Shown here piece after piece: positions 52,501 through 64,000 of a stretch of DNA of 64,000 nt (position 1 is the stretch's first letter; each line of letters starts with the position of its first letter). Below the pieces are notes generated by a model. It had not been told where the DNA came from. It searched no databases and worked only from the letters and a program-made list of their open reading frames with translations. The position numbers and the translations under genes were made by a program. Source of the DNA: Lepidodermella squamata (Eukaryota; Animalia; Gastrotricha); the NCBI GenBank assembly GCA_047495785.1, contig JBLDXI010000074.1:1564652-1628651 (forward strand), read 5' to 3'.

Positions 52501-55500
52501 TCCACCCTTGTACGCATCGCCACGAATCGGCATCGTGCCCAAACCAGCCGATTCGGGCATTTTCGCGCTTCATTCGTTAGTGGCAGCAAGCGCAAACGCG
52601 TTGGCAGGCTATTCGCGTCCATTGCAGCTGACCCGTATTCCGCTGCCAGCCACAGAAGGCTGGAATCACTGTATTCACCCTTGTACGCATCGCTACGAAT
52701 CGGCATCGTGCCCAAACCAGCCGAATCAGGCATATTCGCGCTTCATTCGGTAGCGGCAGCAAGCGCAAACGCGTTGGCAGGCTATTCGCGGCCATTGCAG
52801 CTGACCGGTATTCCGCTGCCAGCCAAAGAATGCTGGAATCGCTGTATTCACCCTTGTACGCATCGCCACGAATCGGCATCGTGCCCAAACCAGCCGATTC
52901 GGGCATATTCGCGCTTCATTCGGTAGCGGCAGCAAGCGCAAACGCGTTGGCAGGCTATTCGCGGCCATTGCAGCTGACCGGTATTCCGCTGCCAGCCAAA
53001 GAATGCTGGAATCGCTGTATTCACCCTTGTACGCATCGCTACGAATCGGCATCGTGCCCAAACCAGCCGAATCAGGCATATTCGCGCTTCATTCGGTAGC
53101 GGCAGCAAGCGCAAACGCGTTGGCAGGCTATTCGCGGCCATTGCAGCTGACCCGTATTCCGCTGCCAGCCAAAGAATGCTGGAATCGCTGTATTCACCCT
53201 TGTACGCTTCGCTACGAATCGGCATCGTGCCCAAACCAGCCGAATCAGGCATATTCGCGCTTCATTCGGTAGCGGCAGCAAGCGCAAACGCGTTGGCAGG
53301 CTATTCGCGGCCATTGCAGCTGACCGGTATTCCGCTGCCAGCCAAAGAATGCTGGAATCGCTGTATTCACCCTTGTACGCATCGCCACGAATCGGCATCG
53401 TGCCCAAACCAGCCGATTCGGGCATTTTCGCGCTTCATTCGTTAGTGGCAGCAAGCGCAAACGCGTTGGCAGGCTATTCGCGGCCATTGCAGCTGACCGG
53501 TATTCCGTTGCCAGCCAAAGAATGCTGGAATCGCTGTATTCACCCTTGTACGCATCGCCACGAATCGGCATCGTGCCCAAACCAGCCGATTCGGGCATTT
53601 TCGCGCTTCATTCGTTAGTGGCAGCAAGCGCAAACGCGTTGGCAGGCTATTCGCGTCCATTGCAGCTGACCGGTATTCCGCTGCCAGCCAAAGAATGCTG
53701 GAATCGCTGTATTCACCCTTGTACGCATCGCCACGAATCGGCATCGTGCCCAAACCAGCCGATTCGGGCATTTTCGCGCTTCATTCGTTAGTGGCAGCAA
53801 GCGCAAACGCGTTGGCAGGCTATTCGCGGCCATTGCAGCTGACCGGTATTCCGCTGCCAGCCAAAGAATGCTGGAATCGCTGTATTCACCCTTGTACGCA
53901 TCGCCACGAATCGGCATCGTGCCCAAACCAGCCGATTCGGGCATTTTCGCGCTTCATTCGTTAGTGGCAGCAAGCGCAAACGCGTTGGCAGGCTATTCGC
54001 GGCCATTGCAGCTGACCGGTATTCCGCTGCCAGCCAAAGAATGCTGGAATCGCTGTATTCACCCTTGTACGCATCGCCACGAATCGGCATCGTGCCCAAA
54101 CCAGCCGATTCGGGCATATTCGCGCTTCATTCGGTAGCGGCAGCAAGCGCAAACGCGTTGGCAGGCTATTCGCGGCCATTGCAGCTGACCGGTATTCCGC
54201 TGCCAGCCAAAGAATGCTGGAATCGCTGTATTCACCCTTGTACGCATCGCTACGAATCGGCATCGTGCCCAAACCAGCCGAATCAGGCATATTCGCGCTT
54301 CATTCGGTAGCGGCAGCAAGCGCAAACGCGTTGGCAGGCTATTCGCGGCCATTGCAGCTGACCCGTATTCCGCTGCCAGCCAAAGAATGCTGGAATCGCT
54401 GTATTCACCCTTGTACGCTTCGCTACGAATCGGCATCGTGCCCAAACCAGCCGAATCAGGCATATTCGCGCTTCATTCGGTAGCGGCAGCAAGCGCAAAC
54501 GCGTTGGCAGGCTATTCGCGGCCATTGCAGCTGACCGGTATTCCGCTGCCAGCCAAAGAATGCTGGAATCGCTGTATTCACCCTTGTACGCATCGCCACG
54601 AATCGGCATCGTGCCCAAACCAGCCGATTCGGGCATTTTCGCGCTTCATTCGTTAGTGGCAGCAAGCGCAAACGCGTTGGCAGGCTATTCGCGGCCATTG
54701 CAGCTGACCGGTATTCCGTTGCCAGCCAAAGAATGCTGGAATCGCTGTATTCACCCTTGTACGCATCGCCACGAATCGGCATCGTGCCCAAACCAGCCGA
54801 TTCGGGCATTTTCGCGCTTCATTCGTTAGTGGCAGCAAGCGCAAACGCGTTGGCAGGCTATTCGCGTCCATTGCAGCTGACCGGTATTCCGCTGCCAGCC
54901 AAAGAATGCTGGAATCGCTGTATTCACCCTTGTACGCATCGCCACGAATCGGCATCGTGCCCAAACCAGCCGATTCGGGCATTTTCGCGCTTCATTCGTT
55001 AGTGGCAGCAAGCGCAAACGCGTTGGCAGGCTATTCGCGGCCATTGCAGCTGACCGGTATTCCGCTGCCAGCCAAAGAATGCTGGAATCGCTGTATTCAC
55101 CCTTGTACGCATCGCCACGAATCGGCATCGTGCCCAAACCAGCCGATTCGGGCATTTTCGCGCTTCATTCGTTAGTGGCAGCAAGCGCAAACGCGTTGGC
55201 AGGCTATTCGCGGCCATTGCAGCTGACCGGTATTCCGCTGCCAGCCAAAGAATGCTGGAATCGCTGTATTCACCCTTGTAGGCATCGCCACGAATCGGCA
55301 TCGTGCCCAAACCAGCCGATTCGGGCATTTTCGCGCTTCATTCGTTAGTGGCAGCAAGCGCAAACGCGTTGGCAGGCTATTCGCGGCCATTGCAGCTGAC
55401 CGGTATTCCGCTGCCAGCCAAAGAATGCTGGAATCGCTGTATTCACCCTTGTACGCATCGCCACGAATCGGCATCGTGCCCAAACCAGCCGATTCGGGCA

Positions 55501-58500
55501 TTTTCGCGCTTCATTCGGTAGCGGCAGCAAGCGCAAACGCGTTGGCAGGCTATTCGCGGCCATTGCAGCTGACCGGTATTCCGCTGCCAGCCAAAGAATG
55601 CTGGAATCGCTGTATTCACCCTTGTACGCATCGCTACGAATCGGCATCGTGCCCAAACCAGCCGAATCAGGCATATTCGCGCTTCATTCGGTAGCGGCAG
55701 CAAGCGCAAACGCGTTGGCAGGCTATTCGCGGCCATTGCAGCTGACCGGTATTCCGCTGCCAGCCAAAGAAGGTTGGAATCGCTGTATTCACCCTTGTAC
55801 GCATCGCCACGAATCGGCATCGTGCCCAAACCAGCCGATTCGGGCATTTTCGCGCTTCATTCGTTAGTGGCAGCAAGCGCAAACGCGTTGGCAGGCTATT
55901 CGCGGCCATTGCAGCTGACCGGTATTCCGCTGCCAGCCAAAGAATGCTGGAATCGCTGTATTCACCCTTGTAGGCATCGCCACGAATCGGCATCGTGCCC
56001 AAACCAGCCGATTCGGGCATTTTCGCGCTTCATTCGTTAGTGGCAGCAAGCGCAAACGCGTTGGCAGGCTATTCGCGGCCATTGCAGCTGACCGGTATTC
56101 CGCTGCCAGCCAAAGAATGCTGGAATCGCTGTATTCACCCTTGTACGCATCGCCACGAATCGGCATCGTGCCCAAACCAGCCGATTCGGGCATTTTCGCG
56201 CTTCATTCGGTAGCGGCAGCAAGCGCAAACGCGTTGGCAGGCTATTCGCGGCCATTGCAGCTGACCGGTATTCCGCTGCCAGCCAAAGAATGCTGGAATC
56301 GCTGTATTCACCCTTGTACGCATCGCCACGAATCGGCATCGTGCCCAAACCAGCCGATTCGGGCATTTTCGCGCTTCATTCGGTAGCGGCAGCAAGCGCA
56401 AACGCGTTGGCAGGCTATTCGCGGCCATTGCAGCTGACCGGTATTCCGCTGCCAGCCAAAGAATGCTGGAATCGCTGTATTCACCCTTGTACGCATCGCT
56501 ACGAATCGGCATCGTGCCCAAACCAGCCGAATCAGGCATATTCGCGCTTCATTCGGTAGCGGCAGCAAGCGCAAACGCGTTGGCAGGCTATTCGCGGCCA
56601 TTGCAGCTGACCGGTATTCCGCTGCCAGCCAAAGAAGGTTGGAATCGCTGTATTCACCCTTGTACGCATCGCCACGAATCGGCATCGTGCCCAAACCAGC
56701 CGATTCGGGCATTTTCGCGCTTCATTCGTTAGTGGCAGCAAGCGCAAACGCGTTGGCAGGCTATTCGCGGCCATTGCAGCTGACCGGTATTCCGCTGCCA
56801 GCCAAAGAATGCTGGAATCGCTGTATTCACCCTTGTAGGCATCGCCACGAATCGGCATCGTGCCCAAACCAGCCGATTCGGGCATTTTCGCGCTTCATTC
56901 GTTAGTGGCAGCAAGCGCAAACGCGTTGGCAGGCTATTCGCGGCCATTGCAGCTGACCGGTATTCCGCTGCCAGCCAAAGAATGCTGGAATCGCTGTATT
57001 CACCCTTGTACGCATCGCCACGAATCGGCATCGTGCCCAAACCAGCCGATTCGGGCATTTTCGCGCTTCATTCGGTAGCGGCAGCAAGCGCAAACGCGTT
57101 GGCAGGCTATTCGCGGCCATTGCAGCTGACCGGTATTCCGCTGCCAGCCAAAGAATGCTGGAATCGCTGTATTCACCCTTGTACGCATCGCCACGAATCG
57201 GCATCGTGCCCAAACCAGCCGATTCGGGCATTTTCGCGCTTCATTCGGTAGCGGCAGCAAGCGCAAACGCGTTGGCAGGCTATTCGCGGCCATTGCAGCT
57301 GACCGGTATTCCGCTGCCAGCCAAAGAATGCTGGAATCGCTGTATTCACCCTTGTACGCATCGCTACGAATCGGCATCGTGCCCAAACCAGCCGAATCAG
57401 GCATATTCGCGCTTCATTCGGTAGCGGCAGCAAGCGCAAACGCGTTGGCAGGCTATTCGCGGCCATTGCAGCTGACCGGTATTCCGCTGCCAGCCAAAGA
57501 AGGTTGGAATCGCTGTATTCACCCTTGTACGCATCGCCACGAATCGGCATCGTGCCCAAACCAGCCGAATCGGGCATATTCGCGCTTCATTCGGTAGTGG
57601 CAGCAAGCGCAAACGCGTTGGCAGGCTATTCGCGGCCATTGCAGCTGACCGGTATTCCGCTGCCAGCCACAGAAGGCTGGAATCGCTGTATCCACCCTTG
57701 TACGCATCGCTACGAATCGGCATCGTGCCCAAACCACCCGATTCGGGCATTTTCGCGCTTCATTCGTTAGTGGCAGCAAGCGCAAACGCGTTGGCAGGCT
57801 ATTCGCGGCCATTGCAGCTGACCGGTATTCCGCTGTCAGCCAAAGAATGCTGGAATCGCTGTATCCACCCTTGTACGCTTCGCTACGAATCGGCATCGTG
57901 CCCAAACCAGCCGAATCAGGCATATTCGCGCTTCATTCGGTAGCGGCAGCAAGCGCAAACGCGTTGGCAGGCTATTCGCGGCCATTGCAGCTGACCGGTA
58001 TTCCGCTGCCAGCCAAAGAAGGTTGGAATCGCTGTATTCACCCTTGTACGCATCGCCACGAATCGGCATCGTGCCCAAACCAGCCGATTCGGGCATTTTC
58101 GCGCTTCATTTGTTAGTGGCAGCAAGCGCAAACGCGTTGGCAGGCTATTCGCGTCCATTGCAGCTGACCCGTATTCCGCTGCCAGCCAAAGAATGCTGGA
58201 ATCGCTGTATCCACCCTTGTACGCTTCGCTACGAATCGGCATCGTGCCCAAACCAGCCGAATCAGGCATATTCGCGCTTCATTCGGTAGCGGCAGCAAGC
58301 GCAAACGCGTTGGCAGGCTATTCGCGGCCATTGCAGCTGACCGGTATTCCGCTGCCAGCCAAAGAAGGTTGGAATCGCTGTATTCACCCTTGTACGCATC
58401 GCCACGAATCGGCATCGTGCCCAAACCAGCCGATTCGGGCATTTTCGCGCTTCATTTGTTAGTGGCAGCAAGCGCAAACGCGTTGGCAGGCTATTCGCGT

Positions 58501-61500
58501 CCATTGCAGCTGACCCGTATTCCGCTGCCAGCCAAAGAATGCTGGAATCGCTGTATTCACCCTTGTACGCATCGCCACGAATCGGCATCGTGCCCAAACC
58601 AGCCGATTCGGGAATATTCGCGCTTCATTCGGTAGCGGCAGCAAGCGCAAACGCGTTGGCAGGCTATTCGCGGCCATTGCAGCTGACCGGTCTTCCGCTG
58701 CCAGCCAAAGAATGCTGGAATCGCTGTATTCACCCTTGTACGCATCGCCACGAATCGGCATCGTGCCCAAACCAGCCGATTCGGGCATTTTCGCGCTTCA
58801 TTCGGTAGCGGCAGCAAGCGCAAACGCGTTGGCAGGCTATTCGCGGCCATTGCAGCTGACCGGTATTCCGCTGCCAGCCAAAGAAGGTTGGAATCGCTGT
58901 ATTCACCCTTGTACGCATCGCCACGAATCGGCATCGTGCCCAAACCAGCCGATTCGGGCATTTTCGCGCTTCATTTGTTAGTGGCAGCAAGCGCAAACGC
59001 GTTGGCAGGCTATTCGCGTCCATTGCAGCTGACCCGTATTCCGCTGCCAGCCAAAGAATGCTGGAATCGCTGTATTCACCCTTGTACGCATCGCCACGAA
59101 TCGGCATCGTGCCCAAACCAGCCGATTCGGGAATATTCGCGCTTCATTCGGTAGCGGCAGCAAGCGCAAACGCGTTGGCAGGCTATTCGCGGCCATTGCA
59201 GCTGACCGGTCTTCCGCTGCCAGCCAAAGAATGCTGGAATCGCTGTATTCACCCTTGTACGCATCGCCACGAATCGGCATCGTGCCCAAACCAGCCGATT
59301 CGGGCATTTTCGCGCTTCATTCGGTAGCGGCAGCAAGCGCAAACGCGTTGGCAGGCTATTCGCGGCCATTGCAGCTGACCGGTATTCCGCTGCCAGCCAA
59401 AGAATGCTGGAATCGCTGTATTCACCCTTGTACGCATCGCTACGAATCGGCATCGTGCCCAAACCAGCCGAATCGGGCATATTCGCGCTTCATTCGGTAG
59501 TGGCAGCAAGCGCAAACGCGTTGGCAGGCTATTCGCGGCCATTGCAGCTGACCGGTATTCCGCTGCCAGCCACAGAAGGCTGGAATCGCTGTATCCACCC
59601 TTGTACGCATCGCTACGAATCGGCATCGTGCCCAAACCACCCGATTCGGGCATTTTCGCGCTTCATTCGTTAGTGGCAGCAAGCGCAAACGCGTTGGCAG
59701 GCTATTCGCGGCCATTGCAGCTGACCGGTATTCCGCTGTCAGCCAAAGAATGCTGGAATCGCTGTATCCACCCTTGTACGCATCGCCACGAATCGGCATC
59801 GTGCCCAAACCAGCCGATTGGGGCATTTTCGCGCTTTATTCGTTAGTGGCAGCAAGCGCAAACGCGTTGGCAGGCTATTCGCGTCCATTGCAGCTGACCC
59901 GTATTCCGCTGCCAGCCACAGAAGGCTGGAATCACTGTATTCACCCTTGTACGCATCGCTACGAATCGGCATCGTGCCCAAACCAGCCGAATCAGGCATA
60001 TTCGCGCTTCATTCGGTAGCGGCAGCAAGCGCAAACGCGTTGGCAGGCTATTCGCGGCCATTGCAGCTGACCGGTATTCCGCTGCCAGCCAAAGAATGCT
60101 GGAATCGCTGTATTCACCCTTGTACGCATCGCCACGAATCGGCATCGTGCCCAAACCAGCCGATTCGGGCATATTCGCGCTTCATTCGGTAGCGGCAGCA
60201 AGCGCAAACGCGTTGGCAGGCTATTCGCGGCCATTGCAGCTGACCGGTATTCCGCTGCCAGCCAAAGAATGCTGGAATCGCTGTATTCACCCTTGTACGC
60301 ATCGCTACGAATCGGCATCGTGCCCAAACCAGCCGAATCAGGCATATTCGCGCTTCATTCGGTAGCGGCAGCAAGCGCAAACGCGTTGGCAGGCTATTCG
60401 CGGCCATTGCAGCTGACCCGTATTCCGCTGCCAGCCAAAGAATGCTGGAATCGCTGTATTCACCCTTGTACGCTTCGCTACGAATCGGCATCGTGCCCAA
60501 ACCAGCCGAATCAGGCATATTCGCGCTTCATTCGGTAGCGGCAGCAAGCGCAAACGCGTTGGCAGGCTATTCGCGGCCATTGCAGCTGACCGGTATTCCG
60601 CTGCCAGCCAAAGAATGCTGGAATCGCTGTATTCACCCTTGTACGCATCGCCACGAATCGGCATCGTGCCCAAACCAGCCGATTCGGGCATTTTCGCGCT
60701 TCATTCGTTAGTGGCAGCAAGCGCAAACGCGTTGGCAGGCTATTCGCGGCCATTGCAGCTGACCGGTATTCCGTTGCCAGCCAAAGAATGCTGGAATCGC
60801 TGTATTCACCCTTGTACGCATCGCCACGAATCGGCATCGTGCCCAAACCAGCCGATTCGGGCATTTTCGCGCTTCATTCGTTAGTGGCAGCAAGCGCAAA
60901 CGCGTTGGCAGGCTATTCGCGTCCATTGCAGCTGACCGGTATTCCGCTGCCAGCCAAAGAATGCTGGAATCGCTGTATTCACCCTTGTACGCATCGCCAC
61001 GAATCGGCATCGTGCCCAAACCAGCCGATTCGGGCATTTTCGCGCTTCATTCGTTAGTGGCAGCAAGCGCAAACGCGTTGGCAGGCTATTCGCGGCCATT
61101 GCAGCTGACCGGTATTCCGCTGCCAGCCAAAGAATGCTGGAATCGCTGTATTCACCCTTGTACGCATCGCCACGAATCGGCATCGTGCCCAAACCAGCCG
61201 ATTCGGGCATTTTCGCGCTTCATTCGTTAGTGGCAGCAAGCGCAAACGCGTTGGCAGGCTATTCGCGGCCATTGCAGCTGACCGGTATTCCGCTGCCAGC
61301 CAAAGAATGCTGGAATCGCTGTATTCACCCTTGTAGGCATCGCCACGAATCGGCATCGTGCCCAAACCAGCCGATTCGGGCATTTTCGCGCTTCATTCGT
61401 TAGTGGCAGCAAGCGCAAACGCGTTGGCAGGCTATTCGCGGCCATTGCAGCTGACCGGTATTCCGCTGCCAGCCAAAGAATGCTGGAATCGCTGTATTCA

Positions 61501-64000
61501 CCCTTGTACGCATCGCCACGAATCGGCATCGTGCCCAAACCAGCCGATTCGGGCATTTTCGCGCTTCATTCGGTAGCGGCAGCAAGCGCAAACGCGTTGG
61601 CAGGCTATTCGCGGCCATTGCAGCTGACCGGTATTCCGCTGCCAGCCAAAGAATGCTGGAATCGCTGTATTCACCCTTGTACGCATCGCTACGAATCGGC
61701 ATCGTGCCCAAACCAGCCGAATCAGGCATATTCGCGCTTCATTCGGTAGCGGCAGCAAGCGCAAACGCGTTGGCAGGCTATTCGCGGCCATTGCAGCTGA
61801 CCGGTATTCCGCTGCCAGCCAAAGAAGGTTGGAATCGCTGTATTCACCCTTGTACGCATCGCCACGAATCGGCATCGTGCCCAAACCAGCCGATTCGGGC
61901 ATTTTCGCGCTTCATTCGTTAGTGGCAGCAAGCGCAAACGCGTTGGCAGGCTATTCGCGGCCATTGCAGCTGACCGGTATTCCGCTGCCAGCCAAAGAAT
62001 GCTGGAATCGCTGTATTCACCCTTGTACGCATCGCCACGAATCGGCATCGTGCCCAAACCAGCCGATTCGGGCATTTTCGCGCTTCATTCGTTAGTGGCA
62101 GCAAGCGCAAACGCGTTGGCAGGCTATTCGCGGCCATTGCAGCTGACCGGTATTCCGTTGCCAGCCAAAGAATGCTGGAATCGCTGTATTCACCCTTGTA
62201 CGCATCGCCACGAATCGGCATCGTGCCCAAACCAGCCGATTCGGGCATTTTCGCGCTTCATTCGTTAGTGGCAGCAAGCGCAAACGCGTTGGCAGGCTAT
62301 TCGCGTCCATTGCAGCTGACCGGTATTCCGCTGCCAGCCAAAGAATGCTGGAATCGCTGTATTCACCCTTGTACGCATCGCCACGAATCGGCATCGTGCC
62401 CAAACCAGCCGATTCGGGCATTTTCGCGCTTCATTCGTTAGTGGCAGCAAGCGCAAACGCGTTGGCAGGCTATTCGCGGCCATTGCAGCTGACCGGTATT
62501 CCGCTGCCAGCCAAAGAATGCTGGAATCGCTGTATTCACCCTTGTACGCATCGCCACGAATCGGCATCGTGCCCAAACCAGCCGATTCGGGCATTTTCGC
62601 GCTTCATTCGTTAGTGGCAGCAAGCGCAAACGCGTTGGCAGGCTATTCGCGGCCATTGCAGCTGACCGGTATTCCGCTGCCAGCCAAAGAATGCTGGAAT
62701 CGCTGTATTCACCCTTGTAGGCATCGCCACGAATCGGCATCGTGCCCAAACCAGCCGATTCGGGCATTTTCGCGCTTCATTCGTTAGTGGCAGCAAGCGC
62801 AAACGCGTTGGCAGGCTATTCGCGGCCATTGCAGCTGACCGGTATTCCGCTGCCAGCCAAAGAATGCTGGAATCGCTGTATTCACCCTTGTACGCATCGC
62901 CACGAATCGGCATCGTGCCCAAACCAGCCGATTCGGGCATTTTCGCGCTTCATTCGGTAGCGGCAGCAAGCGCAAACGCGTTGGCAGGCTATTCGCGGCC
63001 ATTGCAGCTGACCGGTATTCCGCTGCCAGCCAAAGAATGCTGGAATCGCTGTATTCACCCTTGTACGCATCGCCACGAATCGGCATCGTGCCCAAACCAG
63101 CCGATTCGGGCATTTTCGCGCTTCATTCGTTAGTGGCAGCAAGCGCAAACGCGTTGGCAGGCTATTCGCGGCCATTGCAGCTGACCGGTATTCCGTTGCC
63201 AGCCAAAGAATGCTGGAATCGCTGTATTCACCCTTGTACGCATCGCCACGAATCGGCATCGTGCCCAAACCAGCCGATTCGGGCATTTTCGCGCTTCATT
63301 CGTTAGTGGCAGCAAGCGCAAACGCGTTGGCAGGCTATTCGCGTCCATTGCAGCTGACCGGTATTCCGCTGCCAGCCAAAGAATGCTGGAATCGCTGTAT
63401 TCACCCTTGTACGCATCGCCACGAATCGGCATCGTGCCCAAACCAGCCGATTCGGGCATTTTCGCGCTTCATTCGTTAGTGGCAGCAAGCGCAAACGCGT
63501 TGGCAGGCTATTCGCGGCCATTGCAGCTGACCGGTATTCCGCTGCCAGCCAAAGAATGCTGGAATCGCTGTATTCACCCTTGTACGCATCGCCACGAATC
63601 GGCATCGTGCCCAAACCAGCCGATTCGGGCATTTTCGCGCTTCATTCGTTAGTGGCAGCAAGCGCAAACGCGTTGGCAGGCTATTCGCGGCCATTGCAGC
63701 TGACCGGTATTCCGCTGCCAGCCAAAGAATGCTGGAATCGCTGTATTCACCCTTGTAGGCATCGCCACGAATCGGCATCGTGCCCAAACCAGCCGATTCG
63801 GGCATTTTCGCGCTTCATTCGTTAGTGGCAGCAAGCGCAAACGCGTTGGCAGGCTATTCGCGGCCATTGCAGCTGACCGGTATTCCGCTGCCAGCCAAAG
63901 AATGCTGGAATCGCTGTATTCACCCTTGTACGCATCGCCACGAATCGGCATCGTGCCCAAACCAGCCGATTCGGGCATTTTCGCGCTTCATTCGGTAGCG
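28580..64000 (+). repeat. 173-bp tandem satellite array (about 204 monomers, continues past the window end), preceded by the same 48-bp leader
   Basis: Consensus tcacccttgtacgcatcgccacgaatcggcatcgtgcccaaaccagccgattcgggcattttcgcgcttcattcgttagtggcagcaagcgcaaacgcgttggcaggctattcgcggccattgcagctgaccggtattccgctgccagccaaagaatgctggaatcgctgtat (98/173 G+C, 18 CpG). Equivalent positions 28879 and 63998 differ by exactly 203x173. Confidence 0.99.

Noticed and set aside
28602-63998. Hundreds of 70-156 aa ORFs on both strands
   Set aside because: They are translations of a 173-bp (non-triplet) GC-rich repeat, with regular stops and no protein similarity.
28580-64000. CRISPR-like leader + repeat array
   Set aside because: No unique spacers, no cas genes, and the context is eukaryotic with introns.

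Overview
Eukaryotic (invertebrate animal-like) genomic DNA with short (about 40-80 nt) GT-AG introns, spanning a transition from gene-rich DNA to satellite DNA. 1-17 kb holds four genes: the 3' end of an unidentified gene, a roughly 14-exon minus-strand gene for a secreted Gln/Thr-rich protein with galaxin-like Cys-Cys motifs and two micro-exons, a two-exon fatty acyl-CoA reductase, and a class II POU (Oct-1/nubbin-like) gene. The POU gene has an extraordinarily long (about 266 aa) POU-specific/homeodomain linker and five perfect octamer sites just upstream. 17-25.5 kb is a nest of transposon debris: MITEs, RTE-type LINE ends, a Helitron-like end and a deleted PIF/Harbinger element with TIRs and an AAT TSD. 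From 25.5 kb the layout is [48-bp leader + about 3.5 copies of a 173-bp GC/CpG-rich satellite] - 5'-truncated Jockey/I-like reverse transcriptase with a (GAGCCT)n 3'UTR - [same leader + about 204 further copies running off the window]. The array shows no net indel and has layered higher-order repeats, which makes it a candidate centromeric/pericentromeric satellite whose edge is duplicated around a retroelement. The hundreds of short ORFs in the array are artefacts.
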